Shown piece by piece: positions 37,740-47,885 of a stretch of 63,535 nucleotides of DNA. Both the position numbers and the translations under genes were made by a program. The stretch comes from a virus (Duplodnaviria > Caudoviricetes), in IMG/VR virus record IMGVR_UViG_3300021446_000257, positions 1-63,535 of that record; one strand, written 5' to 3'. Below the pieces are notes generated by a model. That model worked only from the letters and a program-made list of their open reading frames with translations. It was not told the DNA's origin and searched no databases. Positions within the stretch are counted from its first letter, which is position 1, and each line of letters begins with the position of its first letter.

Positions 37740-38387
37740 TCACGTCGTGTTCTCCGGGTGCTCCGAGGGCACGTACTCCACATCCACGCCCTCCGTCGCC
37801 GCCCCCTCCAAATCTCCTGGATGGGGGTGGTTGACGAACTTGATCCGGGGCTGGGGGCCGTATTCGTCGACCTCGCGCAGGCGGTCGATGTACCGGGCCT
37901 CAATCGACAATCGCCACCGCCGGATCGTCGGCGACGCAGTGAGGTCGTCCGCCCGCTGGCCGCCCGTCACGCGCACGTCCCGAATCGTCGACAGGGCGTC
38001 CCCATCGGCGTCTTCAAGAAAGTCCCCGCGCTCGTCGCGGTTGTACCGTCGAAGCGCGGTGGCGAGGTCGTCCGCCAGCGTGTCGGGGTCGTGGTCATCG
38101 CCCTGAAGCGTGTAGATGTCTGCCTGTAGCTCCATGCGGTAGGCGCGTTCCCAGATCCGACCGGTCTTCGCGCCTGAATCGGTCCGCGTGTAGCCCGCCC
38201 GTGGGTCGACGCCCGGACTCTCGCGTCGGTTCACTATTACGGAGAGGGAGACTGCCGGCGTGTGGACACCCGCATCCTCTTGGTCGCGGTTGGGGTCGTA
38301 GGTGAGGACTTCCGAGAGTGCGTCGAGTCGGGGCGCGGTGGCGATCGCGCGTGCCACCGCCTCGATAACGGTGTTGCGAGTGGCCAT
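37740..38387 (-). CDS. Tail terminator/completion protein
   Basis: Precedes sheath; MELQADIY. Confidence 0.65.
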   Translation of the reverse strand: MATRNTVIEAVARAIATAPRLDALSEVLTYDPNRDQEDAGVHTPAVSLSVIVNRRESPGVDPRAGYTRTDSGAKTGRIWERAYRMELQADIYTLQGDDHDPDTLADDLATALRRYNRDERGDFLEDADGDALSTIRDVRVTGGQRADDLTASPTIRRWRLSIEARYIDRLREVDEYGPQPRIKFVNHPHPGDLEGAATEGVDVEYVPSEHPENTT

Positions 38388-38393
38388 GAGAGG

Positions 38394-38867
38394 TTAGGCG
38401 AACGCGGCGGCGACGGTGCGCCGGAGTTCGGTGGCGATGTTCTCAACGAGCGTTGATCGGTGGCGCTGCAACGACGGTCGAAGGAACGGTTGGGCGGGTG
38501 CCGGGCCGACGCTTTTGCGATAGAACACCTGCCCGTCGATCTCGAAGCGAAGCATGTCGGTCTCCTGAGCCACCACCGGACCACGGCCGTATTCAACGGC
38601 TCGCGGGTAGGGGTAGCCCTCCTCGCTTCGCGCGGTGAAGGCCACCTCCCAACGGCGGGTGGCAAGGCGACGGACCCGCTTCGAGTCGCGCAGGTCGCCC
38701 CTGTCAACGGAGGCGTTGTCCTGTGCCATGTCGCCGATTACGCGGGCCGTGCGACCGACGCCGCGATCCACCGCATCCTCGACGTTGTCCGCCGCCTCGT
38801 CGAGCGCGTCGGCGAGGTCCTCGAAGGACTCCGCCGGGTCCGCGAACCCCGAGATGTCGGCGGACAT
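38394..38867 (-). CDS. HK97 gp10-like neck protein
   Basis: ASVDRGDLRDS, YP.AVEYG, PAQPFLRP. Confidence 0.85.
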   Translation of the reverse strand: MSADISGFADPAESFEDLADALDEAADNVEDAVDRGVGRTARVIGDMAQDNASVDRGDLRDSKRVRRLATRRWEVAFTARSEEGYPYPRAVEYGRGPVVAQETDMLRFEIDGQVFYRKSVGPAPAQPFLRPSLQRHRSTLVENIATELRRTVAAAFA

Positions 38868-38870
38868 GGC

Positions 38871-39269
38871 TCAGATCGCCTCGAACTGGAATCGGGGGGC
38901 GTATTCGCCGCCCGACCCGTCGCCCTCGTCCTCGTCGGCGGCGTTGATCGACGCCACCTTTCGGTCGTAGATGTCTCGGTAGTGAGTGGCGTATTCGAGC
39001 GCCGCGTCACCGCCGTCGGCTGCGTCGCCGAGGGTTGCCTCGCCAGGACTGTCGAACGGGAGGTAGAGCAGGTACGATGCCCACGCGTTCGCCGCGTCGG
39101 CGTGGATCTGCTCGGGGTTCTCGATGACGCGGCCTTCGTTCACATCGGCTTCGAGTTGGCCGTTCGCGTCGCTAAGGGCTTCTTTAGTGTCTTTCTCACC
39201 GAAGTCGCCATTTCCTTTCGGGACATCGGGGAGGGCGACGTACCTCTCAATGTCGTTACTCGCACTCAT
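38871..39269 (-). CDS. Head-tail adaptor
   Basis: Position after capsid module; RY..L.DV N-terminus. Confidence 0.62.
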   Translation of the reverse strand: MSASNDIERYVALPDVPKGNGDFGEKDTKEALSDANGQLEADVNEGRVIENPEQIHADAANAWASYLLYLPFDSPGEATLGDAADGGDAALEYATHYRDIYDRKVASINAADEDEGDGSGGEYAPRFQFEAI

Positions 39270-39281
39270 GAGAGAGGTGAA

Positions 39282-39599
39282 TCACTCCGAACCGAGCTGT
39301 TCTTTGAACGACTCGGCGTCGCTCTCGCTAACGTTCTCCACACTGCCGAGGCCATCAACGGTCGCGGCGCGGATCGCGTCGAACGTCCCGTATCCCGCGG
39401 CGCGGAGTTCGGAGGCCGTCGCCGGTCCCACACCACCGAGTTCGGTGAGGTCGTCCGCTTCGTCCGCGACGCGTTCGAGGGTGTGTCCTGGACGCGAGCG
39501 AACGTACCCAGCGGCATCCGCGGGGAGCGTTACTACACCTTCGCGGTGGACGGTCTCGCCGGTGTCGATCGCGCCGCTCACGATGCGATACTCCGGCAT
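39282..39599 (-). CDS. Helix-hairpin-helix protein 2
   Basis: LTELGGVGPATASELRAAGY. Confidence 0.8.
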   Translation of the reverse strand: MPEYRIVSGAIDTGETVHREGVVTLPADAAGYVRSRPGHTLERVADEADDLTELGGVGPATASELRAAGYGTFDAIRAATVDGLGSVENVSESDAESFKEQLGSE

Positions 39600-39603
39600 G
39601 TGG

Positions 39604-39990
39604 TTAGCCCTCGCTGTCGTCGATCTGTTCGTGGATGGACTCGGCGTCGTCGGCCGAGACGTTCGTCACGTCGGTCAGGTCGTCGACGCTCGCTTCGCGA
39701 AGGTCCGCGAAGGAGTCATAGCCCGCGGCGCGAAGTTCGTCGGCGGTCGCCGGGCCGACGCCGTCGAGATCGGTAAAGTCGGTGCCTTCAGTGGCGTCCC
39801 CGTCCTCGCTGGCCTCATCGGCGGCGTCCGCCGTTTCGTCCGCATCGGCGTCCGACTCCACCGTCTCGAACTTGTCGGCGATCGCGGCCGGCGGTTCGTC
39901 ATCGAACGACACGGTATCGCCGGCAGTATGGCGTTCGCCGCTCTCATCACGATGTCCGCCGGCACCGTCTTTGAGGTGGTAGCGTGTCAT
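39604..39990 (-). CDS. Helix-hairpin-helix protein 1
   Basis: FTDLDGVGPATADELRAAGY. Confidence 0.8.
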   Translation of the reverse strand: MTRYHLKDGAGGHRDESGERHTAGDTVSFDDEPPAAIADKFETVESDADADETADAADEASEDGDATEGTDFTDLDGVGPATADELRAAGYDSFADLREASVDDLTDVTNVSADDAESIHEQIDDSEG

Positions 39991-39998
39991 CGATGGAC

Positions 39999-41003
39999 TC
40001 AGGCCGTGTAGTGACTGACGCCGCTCTGGCCGGACTTCGTGGCCTTTACGCGCGGTGCCATGATCCCCATGACCATCATGTTGTCACGGAAGCCCGCCGG
40101 CCCCTCCCACGTGATCGGCGTGGGTTCGCGGGGGATCGACAGGTCGATGACGTCCTGCGTGGGGCGGAACATGAGCGCCTCGTCCGCACCGAGGAAGTCG
40201 GCCTCGCGCACCGCGCCGAGGTTCGACAGATTCTCAACCCGATCGCGGACGAGGACGCTGCCGTCGCCCGCGGTGTCGATGTCGTCGAGCGTCTCGTAGC
40301 GATTCCGACCGAGGTAGAGCCAGAGGCCCTGCCCGCCGGCCGAGAAATCGTTTTCGTCAGTGATGTCCGAGATCATCGCCCGGACATCGCCCCGCACGGC
40401 GTCAGTGCCGGTCGACCAGTCGCTGAGCGCGCCCGTTGACCGCTTCGGGTGGTTCGTGAGGCCGTAGAGGTCGTAAGACTGGCCGTCCGCCCCCTCGAAG
40501 GTCTGCTCCCAGCCGTCGAAGACGAGTTTTTCCATTTTCTCGGCGACATTACGCGAGGCGACGGAGGCACCGAGGCTGTCGATGTCCGCGGCGTCGGCGG
40601 GGGCCTCGCCGGGTGCGGGGTTCTCGCGGTAGCCCGTCGAGAAGGAGTCGTAGATGCACGGGAGCGGGACGCCCTGGACGCCGAAGTCGACGCTCGATTC
40701 GGCGTCGGCGGTCTCGGGATCCATCGCCACCGTCGCGTTGCCCTGATCGTCGACCACGTCCCACTCGCTGGTTTGGGCGGTGACAGGGTCCGACGACGTG
40801 AGGCCGGCGTTGATGAGGTCCGAGACGATGCGGAGCGTCTGCTCCATCGTCCGATAGACCGTATCGTCGACGACGCCCCACGAGTCGTCGGGAAGGGCGC
40901 TGTTGTGACGGGTGGCCTTTCGCGTCTGTCGCTCCGCGAGCTGTGCCTGCACGCTGCGCGGGAAACTGCCGAAGTCGTTGCGTTCGATCGTAGCGTCTGT
41001 CAT
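39999..41003 (-). CDS. Major capsid protein (HK97 fold, encapsulin/linocin-like)
   Basis: PLP.I...F....R, VAEKMEKLVFDG, YGLTNHP, M.PRVK...GQSGV.H. Confidence 0.87.
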   Translation of the reverse strand: MTDATIERNDFGSFPRSVQAQLAERQTRKATRHNSALPDDSWGVVDDTVYRTMEQTLRIVSDLINAGLTSSDPVTAQTSEWDVVDDQGNATVAMDPETADAESSVDFGVQGVPLPCIYDSFSTGYRENPAPGEAPADAADIDSLGASVASRNVAEKMEKLVFDGWEQTFEGADGQSYDLYGLTNHPKRSTGALSDWSTGTDAVRGDVRAMISDITDENDFSAGGQGLWLYLGRNRYETLDDIDTAGDGSVLVRDRVENLSNLGAVREADFLGADEALMFRPTQDVIDLSIPREPTPITWEGPAGFRDNMMVMGIMAPRVKATKSGQSGVSHYTA

Positions 41004-41078
41004 TGGAAGTTTCGAGTGTCTGTGTGGTTCGGTGACGGAAGGGGATCTGGCCGCCCTGAGCGGCCGGCGATGCGGGGG

Positions 41079-41513
41079 TTAGAAGTCGACCGCGATGGCC
41101 GACGGACTCCCGCTCGTGTTGTTCAGGTCCTCGTCGGCGGTGGCGACGACGGCCGCGGCCGCGTCGTTCGCGGAGTCGTAGGCCCGGACCGAGCCGTCGC
41201 CCGCGCTCACGAGCCGGTCGCCCGCGGCGACGTCGTTCGCCGTTGCGAGCATGAGGTGAGCGCCGCCGCCCGAGCACGCGAGGTACGGCACGTCAACGCC
41301 GTCGCTGTACTCATCACCGAGCGTAAACCCAGCCTGGCGGAGATCCTTCGCGACGAGCGGTGTGTTGATGTCGCCGGCAGCCGTCGAGTGGGCAGCGACG
41401 CCGTTCGCGGTTCGTTCGAGGAGGAAACCGGCGGTAACGGCACCGTCGGCAGCCTCTTCGTGCTGGACGAATTCGTTGCGTCCGTAACGGACGACTTTGT
41501 TTGAATCAACCAT
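41079..41513 (-). CDS. Capsid decoration/cement protein
   Basis: VAAGDRLVSAGDG.VR...VATADED; located between protease and MCP. Confidence 0.75.
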   Translation of the reverse strand: MVDSNKVVRYGRNEFVQHEEAADGAVTAGFLLERTANGVAAHSTAAGDINTPLVAKDLRQAGFTLGDEYSDGVDVPYLACSGGGAHLMLATANDVAAGDRLVSAGDGSVRAYDSANDAAAAVVATADEDLNNTSGSPSAIAVDF

Positions 41514-41566
41514 TGGTGTCTGTTGGAAGTGTGTCGGTCGGTGAGAACCGTCCCAGGACGTCTCGG

Positions 41567-43519
41567 TCAGTCGTCGGCCTGAGAGTCCGCGAGGTACTCC
41601 GAGAACTCGCCGCTTGGCACGTCGTCGAGCGTGTCGTCGCTCGCGTTGAGTTCGGCGTTGCGCCGGACCGGACCGTCGGTCTGAATCGCACCCATGTCCG
41701 CGGTGGGGTCGGTGCCGGCGTTCTGCCGGTCGTCGGCCACCATGTCGCGGATTGAGAGGAGACCGGACATCGGCGTGCCGTCGAGATCCTCTTCACCGAA
41801 CTGCTCGGAGTTGGCGCGGATCTGCTCGATGACGCCCTGTCGCTCCTTGCTGTTCTCTCGCTGTTCGAGGCGTTCGTCCACGATCTCGTTGACCTGCTCT
41901 ATCGAGACGTGCTCGGTGTCGTCGTCGGTCATGGTGTCGGTGGGATCGGTGTCGTCGGACTCGCTGCCGGGCGTGTCGCCAGTCGTATCGCTGGGTTCGT
42001 CCGGCGAGTCGGTGGTGTCGGTGGTGTCGGCGTCTGTGGTCTCGCCGGCGTCGGCGGCCTCGGCATTGAATCGCTGGTAGATGTCATCAAGGCAGTCCTC
42101 GCCTGCCAGCGGTTCCATGTTCTCACGGTCGAGACCGTGTTCGTCGACGAGTTCGTCGATCTTGTCGGTGTCTTCCATTGTGGTGTCCGTGTCGGTGTCG
42201 CTCTCCGTTGAGTCGGGGTCGGAGTTGTCCCTGCCGGTGTCCGCCGGCTCGTCGGGTTCGCTGATACTGTTCGCCCGCTCGCCGCCGCCGATTCCGAGGA
42301 ACTCGCGGAACTGCTGTCGGAAGGTGTCCCTCTGGCCGGCGTTCTCGCGGTCGTCGGCTTCGCCGTCCCCGGAGATCTCGTCGTCGGCGAACTCGCGGCC
42401 GAACTCATCGCTGAGCAACTGCCGCGCCTCCTCACGTGCCGACTCTCGCGTTTCTTGGGGGAGCGTCGCCTCCGCGCCGTCCTGACCGAGGACACCGTCG
42501 AGTTTCGTCTCGTAGAGGTCACCCTCGGGCGAGACGACGTTGAACAGCAACAGGTTCTCCGTCGAAGCGGCGTCGGCGTTCCCCAAAAGCGTGCGTTCGG
42601 CGATCCACTCGCGTGCGCCATCGGGGATCGACGCAAGTGCCGAATACGGGTCACCCTCGAAGGTCTCCCCGGTCTCGTCCTCGTACGCTTCGAGATACTC
42701 GCCGAGTCCCCAGAACGCATGCGATTCGTGCGGATCGCGGTCTTCGAGGTCCGACTCGGAAACCGTGCCGTCGAACTCCGGGGTTCGCGCTTCAGCGAGA
42801 GCGTTCGTCCGGGACTGGACGTCAGAATCGTCGTCGGTGGTGTCGTTGCTCATGTCATTGGTTTCACTCCGATGGAGGGGTGTGCCAGCGGCAACACCAG
42901 CCATCTCCTGGTCGGCGTTGTAGCGACCGACGCCCGCCGCACAGCCCTGCGAGATATCGCAGCGGGCGGTGCCGTTCAGGACGATCGCCACGTGGTCGGG
43001 ATCGAGTTGCTCCTGACGAGCGTCGAACTCCCGCCCGTCGTGGGTGCCTGAGGTGGCATTGACGCGTCCAACACCGTACCCGGGGCTCACTTCCCACGCC
43101 TCGCCGTTTTCGAGCGCGTCGAACGCCTCCTCATACGCCGGGCCGTGGGCGTCGCGTTCGTCCTCGCGGAGCCACAGCTCGCCGCTGAGCTTGGTGTCGG
43201 CAGCGTTCATCCGCGGGTCGCGAAACTCGCCGACCTCCGTCGTCTTTGCACCCGGCGTCTGCGTCGTGGCCGGCGTGATCGTTCCCTCGGTGGCGGTGAC
43301 TGGATGGTCGGCGACGGCCGGAACCCCCTCGAAGCCGGCAGCGGCCTCGGCCCACTCCTCGCCCGCGACGAACTCGCGGTCGTAGGCATCCCGCTGGTCC
43401 TGGTACTCGTAGATGCCTTCGCGCCCGACAGTGGCCGGCACCACGAGGTACTCGACGCCGTCCTCGGTCTCGCGACGGACATCGCCGTCGGCGGACGCAC
43501 TATTGAGGCGAAGTTGCAT
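41567..43519 (-). CDS. DUF2213-like prohead protease/scaffold
   Basis: P.V.DHP, EVSPGY, DHVAIV..G.ARC; long acidic scaffold-like tail. Confidence 0.82.
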   Translation of the reverse strand: MQLRLNSASADGDVRRETEDGVEYLVVPATVGREGIYEYQDQRDAYDREFVAGEEWAEAAAGFEGVPAVADHPVTATEGTITPATTQTPGAKTTEVGEFRDPRMNAADTKLSGELWLREDERDAHGPAYEEAFDALENGEAWEVSPGYGVGRVNATSGTHDGREFDARQEQLDPDHVAIVLNGTARCDISQGCAAGVGRYNADQEMAGVAAGTPLHRSETNDMSNDTTDDDSDVQSRTNALAEARTPEFDGTVSESDLEDRDPHESHAFWGLGEYLEAYEDETGETFEGDPYSALASIPDGAREWIAERTLLGNADAASTENLLLFNVVSPEGDLYETKLDGVLGQDGAEATLPQETRESAREEARQLLSDEFGREFADDEISGDGEADDRENAGQRDTFRQQFREFLGIGGGERANSISEPDEPADTGRDNSDPDSTESDTDTDTTMEDTDKIDELVDEHGLDRENMEPLAGEDCLDDIYQRFNAEAADAGETTDADTTDTTDSPDEPSDTTGDTPGSESDDTDPTDTMTDDDTEHVSIEQVNEIVDERLEQRENSKERQGVIEQIRANSEQFGEEDLDGTPMSGLLSIRDMVADDRQNAGTDPTADMGAIQTDGPVRRNAELNASDDTLDDVPSGEFSEYLADSQADD

Positions 43520-43537
43520 GGTGGGGGACGAAAGCGG

Positions 43538-43738
43538 TTAACTCACCGCGAGCACGGTGATCCAAAGTTCGCCAGTTGTCGGGGCTGTCGTTAGCGTGTC
43601 GGTCAGCGTGACCGCTTGCAGGTTGCCGATCGGGCCGTCGATTTGGATCGAGTCGCCGTCGCCATCGGCAGCAAGCGCAATGGTCCCGGCGACCGTCGTC
43701 ACGCTAAAGCCGTCCTCCCACTCGGTGATCGGGTTCAT
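43538..43738 (-). CDS. Small hypothetical virion protein
   Basis: Fills gap in head operon. Confidence 0.55.
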   Translation of the reverse strand: MNPITEWEDGFSVTTVAGTIALAADGDGDSIQIDGPIGNLQAVTLTDTLTTAPTTGELWITVLAVS

Positions 43739-43750
43739 GGGTTCATGTGT

Positions 43751-44641
43751 TTACAGCGGAAGTATCAGGCATCTGCACCTGAGGTGGGTGTCCAAAGTGG
43801 GAAACGGAACCTCCGACAGCGCGTAGGGGTTGTCGGCGGCCACTTCCTTACACTCCTCGCAGACGAATCGGTCCTCGGAGGTCTGAAACGTTACGTCGGC
43901 CTCGGGTTCGACACCCACCTGTTCGACACCGGCACGCTTGTACGCCTCCACAGCAGCGCGATTCGCCGCTCGCACGGGGATCGAGTCGCCGAGTGGGTCG
44001 ATGCGCTTGCCGTGATTCGCGTCGATCCGCTCATTGATGTCCGCAATGAGTTCACGCTTGTTGAACTCGCCCGATTCGGCTTCGATATACCCGCCGTCGG
44101 CGATTGCGCGGGTCACTTCCTGTTTCGTGTTCTCAATCGCGTCCTCGATCTGGTAATAGACACGCTCGTACTCGCGCTGGAGGGGTTGCTGGTGGACGGA
44201 ATCGGTAATCGCCGCGCTCGCCTGCCGATCGCCGATGTCGTATTCGCGGGTGCGCAGCACCGACCGCGCTTGTCGGAGCCCCGTTTCATAGGAGCGATGG
44301 ACGTACTGCGATGTCCAATGTGACCCCGACTGCACCTGCCGGCGTGACCTGACATCAAGAAAGTGCCTATCGAAGATGCGAGTGAGCCAGTCGCGGAACG
44401 CGCCGATCGATCGGAGTGTTGCGAGGCCACCCGCAGCACCCACGAGGCCCACTGCGACGGGGCCAGCACCCGCACCGGCCTGCGTGGCCTGTGTTTGGGC
44501 GTTCTCAATCTGGCGGCGAATCTCACCCCGCACATCGCGTGCGCGTCCCGAGAGGTCTTGGCGAAGGGTGCGGCGTTGCGTGGTTGTTTGTGTTGGGTCT
44601 CGGCGTGGCTCCTGTGCCGGCCCGGTCGCGGTGGTGCTCAT
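43751..44641 (-). CDS. Head morphogenesis protein (SPP1 gp7/Mu gpF-like)
   Basis: RDPT.T, C-terminal D..VCEEC...H.RCRC. Confidence 0.82.
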   Translation of the reverse strand: MSTTATGPAQEPRRDPTQTTTQRRTLRQDLSGRARDVRGEIRRQIENAQTQATQAGAGAGPVAVGLVGAAGGLATLRSIGAFRDWLTRIFDRHFLDVRSRRQVQSGSHWTSQYVHRSYETGLRQARSVLRTREYDIGDRQASAAITDSVHQQPLQREYERVYYQIEDAIENTKQEVTRAIADGGYIEAESGEFNKRELIADINERIDANHGKRIDPLGDSIPVRAANRAAVEAYKRAGVEQVGVEPEADVTFQTSEDRFVCEECKEVAADNPYALSEVPFPTLDTHLRCRCLILPL

Positions 44642-46269
44642 TCGTCCCCGCCGTCGTCGCCCTCTGACTCGTCGCTGGTGTCACGCCGCTTGTCGTCGGG
44701 GCTGGCGTTCCCGCGGACGGACCCCGCCATCCCACTCGGTTCGGCGGCTGGGGTGGCCGTCTCGATGGGTGCGCCTTGAGCGTCGGCATCAAGGTCCATC
44801 ACCGCATCCAGTTCGGCCGGTGAGCGGTTGTCCTGTTCATCGACGTGATCGGGCGCTTCCGACCCGCGTTCGGCGTCCCAGTCGTAGATTTGCTTGCGGC
44901 GTTCGGCGGTCGTCGTGTCCGTTTCGGGGTTGCCACCCGTCGCAGTCTTGACGGCGTTTGCCTTGCGCTCCATGATCTCCGCTTCGTCCTGTTCGGAGAG
45001 TTCCGAGAGTGGCGGCCACTCGACGGTGTACGTTTCGCCGTCGGGTTCGGGGAGCACGCCGGCGCGAATGAGGAGGTCGATGAGCGGGCGGAGGATGCTC
45101 GCCTCGGCGTAGCTCTCACGCATCCCCGCAACTCGTGAGCGCCACGCCGCGTTGTCCTCGGCTGTGGCGCGCTCGCCGGTCTCGTTCCCTGTCAAAACGG
45201 ACTGGCTGATGTCCTTCGCGGCAGAGATGCCCTCCCACTGCATATCAATGTGGTCGGCCGGGCTCGCGATGTCCGATCCGAGCGTCTCGATCTCGCCGTT
45301 CGAGCGGATGGCCCGATCGAAGCGGTCGATGTAGTTCGAGATCTGGTTGGCGAGGCCGTCGCCGCCGTCGCCGAACTCGCCAGGGAGGCGCTGGGTCGTG
45401 CCGCCCATTTCTTTCACTACTTCCGGCGGCTTCATAACGATCCCCTGATAGCCGCCACGCCAGTAGCCCTCGGCACTCGCCCCGTAGATTTTCGTCATGT
45501 CGACGATCCGATTCACGATGTCGTTGTAAAAGGGGATTGAGCAGTAGGGATCAACCAGCGTGTCGCTCGCGACGTGGATCACGCGGCTGTGATGCACCTC
45601 GTCAGTCTTGGTGTCGGCGTCGGTGATGGTGTACGAATCGGGGCGACCATACCGGTCGTCGTCCAAGTCCTTACTGACGGTGAAGTCGATCTTGTTCTCG
45701 GGGTAGAGTTCGAGATACGCGAGGTCGGAGAGGTCGCGGCCGTCGGACTCTTCAAGCCGTTCGTCGACGTTCTCGCCGTCTTTGATCCCGACGACGATCG
45801 CCGAATACTGGCCGAGGCGGGCGAGGAGGTCCGCCGCCATGAGGCGTGGCTTGAGCGCCTCGCGGAGGAGCGTCCGTCGGGGGTTGTCCGGCGCGTAGTT
45901 GTCGAAGAGGTTCTCGACGGCCTTCTCGAAGTCGGTTTGGTCGTCGGTGTCGTCGCCGTCGGTGGCCTCGTCGTCAACCATCTCCGGGCGGCCTTGCCAA
46001 GCGTCGTCGACGAACTTGTCGAGTAATCCCGAGACTGCCCCTCCGCGGAGGTAGTACGTGAGCCACGTGTTGAACGTGAGTTCGTTCTCGCGTGGGTAGC
46101 CCAACGCATCCCACATCTTCGGCGAGTTGGCATCGTCGAGTAGTCCATCGAGATTACCACGCGACAGGACCCCCGAGCGCCCGCCATACATGGCGTTGGT
46201 GCGGGCCTGTGGGAGGGTCGGCCCGCGCCACGCCTGCGGCTTGCTCTCGTCGTCGGAATCAGAACTCAT
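44638..46269 (-). CDS. Portal protein (DUF1073-like)
   Basis: ALGYP, ARLG.YS, VHHSRVIH, GSAEGYW-like motif, I.QS.L.G.ETGERA..ED. Confidence 0.88.
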   Translation of the reverse strand: MSSDSDDESKPQAWRGPTLPQARTNAMYGGRSGVLSRGNLDGLLDDANSPKMWDALGYPRENELTFNTWLTYYLRGGAVSGLLDKFVDDAWQGRPEMVDDEATDGDDTDDQTDFEKAVENLFDNYAPDNPRRTLLREALKPRLMAADLLARLGQYSAIVVGIKDGENVDERLEESDGRDLSDLAYLELYPENKIDFTVSKDLDDDRYGRPDSYTITDADTKTDEVHHSRVIHVASDTLVDPYCSIPFYNDIVNRIVDMTKIYGASAEGYWRGGYQGIVMKPPEVVKEMGGTTQRLPGEFGDGGDGLANQISNYIDRFDRAIRSNGEIETLGSDIASPADHIDMQWEGISAAKDISQSVLTGNETGERATAEDNAAWRSRVAGMRESYAEASILRPLIDLLIRAGVLPEPDGETYTVEWPPLSELSEQDEAEIMERKANAVKTATGGNPETDTTTAERRKQIYDWDAERGSEAPDHVDEQDNRSPAELDAVMDLDADAQGAPIETATPAAEPSGMAGSVRGNASPDDKRRDTSDESEGDDGGDE

Positions 46270-46284
46270 GGATTAGTGGGGGGT

Positions 46285-47883
46285 CTACCAAGTCGAAGGG
46301 ACGGTGACGGGGCCGGTGTGGAGTGCACTCGGGTTCTCACCGTTTCCGTACCGGGCCCAGTTTGCGAACGCCATTGAGTCAGGCCAGTCGTCGTGTTTTC
46401 CTTCGGGGGCCGCGTATTTCGCTTTCTGCGTCGGTGTGAACGTCTTTTCTAAGGCGGTGGTCTGGCGGACGAGTGGGCGGTAGTTCGGGAGCGCAAGGCT
46501 GGACTGTTCGAGGTCTTTGATGAGACGCTGATAGACGTTCTGCTTCGTCTCGTTCGAGCTGTTGACGACTTTGATCGCTGCCCCGAGGCCCGCTTCGGCG
46601 AAGTCCGCCGCGAACCCGCCGACACCGTTCTCTTCGATGAGAATCGTCTCGTAGGCATTCATCGGCGTGAGGCCATCACCACACTCCGGCTGTGGGGGCG
46701 TGGGCCAGTATTCGAGTGCCGTCTTATCGTTGTGGACGTATTCGAGGAACTCGACGAACTGTGGGCCCGAGATGGTCTCAAACGCCCATGCGTTCCAGCA
46801 TGTTCCGAATTCGTCCATGTCGAACGCCACCATTTCGTCCTCGCCACCACGGGCGGGGTCGACGCCCAGATAGCGGGCGCGGGTGTCGATGAAATCCCGA
46901 CCCGGGGCAAGGTTGGGCTTGAGGGTGGCGTGTGGGATCGCTGCATCGCCGTCTTCGGCGAACTTACCCAAGAACTCCTGCTCGAACGTATCACTGTCGT
47001 ACTGTTCGCGCTTTTTCTCAATGTAGTCCTGCTTGGCGAACGGGCTGATTTTCGTCGGCCAGTGTGGGGCGTACCATCCGAACTTGTCCGCGGCGGCTTC
47101 CGATGGCGTCCGCTGGCCTTTGACATCGACAGTCTCGTAGAAATATCCCGACTTACCAGCTGGCGTACTGAAAAGGTAGTATTCGTAGGTGTCGTGCGTG
47201 ATGAAGAACTCCTCGATCTCCTCAGTGAACACCTGGTCCTGTTCGTAATGGGCCTCGTCGACGATCACGCACGTCGGGTTCATCCCTCGATTCCCAGGGT
47301 CTTTCTCTTGGCCAACAGCACCGAGCGTCCGGCTCATGGCGCGTGTGCCGCCGAGGAACGTCCACTTGGTCTTATTATCCTCGTCAGGCTCAACCCCGTA
47401 TTGCTCTAACGTGAGCGGGCCATTCCGGAACGCATCCCGGAACTCCTTGAACATCTCGTCGGCCGTGTCCTGGCCGGGTGCGGTGTAGAGGACATCCGTA
47501 TTCCGCGTGGTGAGGGCGTGATCGGCACCGATGAATCCCGAGATTTTCGTCTTGCCGACCTGCCGGCCTGCCTTCGGCGCGGCCTGTGCCCGGTCGACGC
47601 GCTCGGGGTAGTCCAGTAAGAGAGCCTGATAGTCCGTTGGCCGAAAGTCGAATGCGACTTGGACGCGCTGGCTACGTGGGAGTGGCTTGATTGCCTCGCC
47701 CAGCTCGCGGATGGTGTCCGTGCCGTTGCGTTCGGCGCGGGCTTCGATTTCCTCGATGCTGACATCTGGCTCCGGAACGAGGCGGTCTTCTTTCGGGATC
47801 TCGTCAATCGTCGGGGCAAGAACGTCGGGGAGCGTGGCTACCCGCTCGGGCCGTGAGAGCGAGGCGATAGACTCAGCATCCAT
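46285..47883 (-). CDS. terL: Terminase large subunit
   Basis: GRQVGKT Walker A, IVDEA Walker B, STP.GK.G.FY, GVDPAR, HDDWPDS. Confidence 0.93.
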   Translation of the reverse strand: MDAESIASLSRPERVATLPDVLAPTIDEIPKEDRLVPEPDVSIEEIEARAERNGTDTIRELGEAIKPLPRSQRVQVAFDFRPTDYQALLLDYPERVDRAQAAPKAGRQVGKTKISGFIGADHALTTRNTDVLYTAPGQDTADEMFKEFRDAFRNGPLTLEQYGVEPDEDNKTKWTFLGGTRAMSRTLGAVGQEKDPGNRGMNPTCVIVDEAHYEQDQVFTEEIEEFFITHDTYEYYLFSTPAGKSGYFYETVDVKGQRTPSEAAADKFGWYAPHWPTKISPFAKQDYIEKKREQYDSDTFEQEFLGKFAEDGDAAIPHATLKPNLAPGRDFIDTRARYLGVDPARGGEDEMVAFDMDEFGTCWNAWAFETISGPQFVEFLEYVHNDKTALEYWPTPPQPECGDGLTPMNAYETILIEENGVGGFAADFAEAGLGAAIKVVNSSNETKQNVYQRLIKDLEQSSLALPNYRPLVRQTTALEKTFTPTQKAKYAAPEGKHDDWPDSMAFANWARYGNGENPSALHTGPVTVPSTW

Positions 47884-47885
47884 CG

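Noticed and set aside
39999-41003. Encapsulin/bacteriocin system
   Set aside because: It lies in a full head-morphogenesis operon, so it is the viral major capsid protein
44638-46269. Anti-CBASS Acb1-type label sometimes attached to this family
   Set aside because: Size, motifs and position between terL and the gp7-like gene indicate the portal
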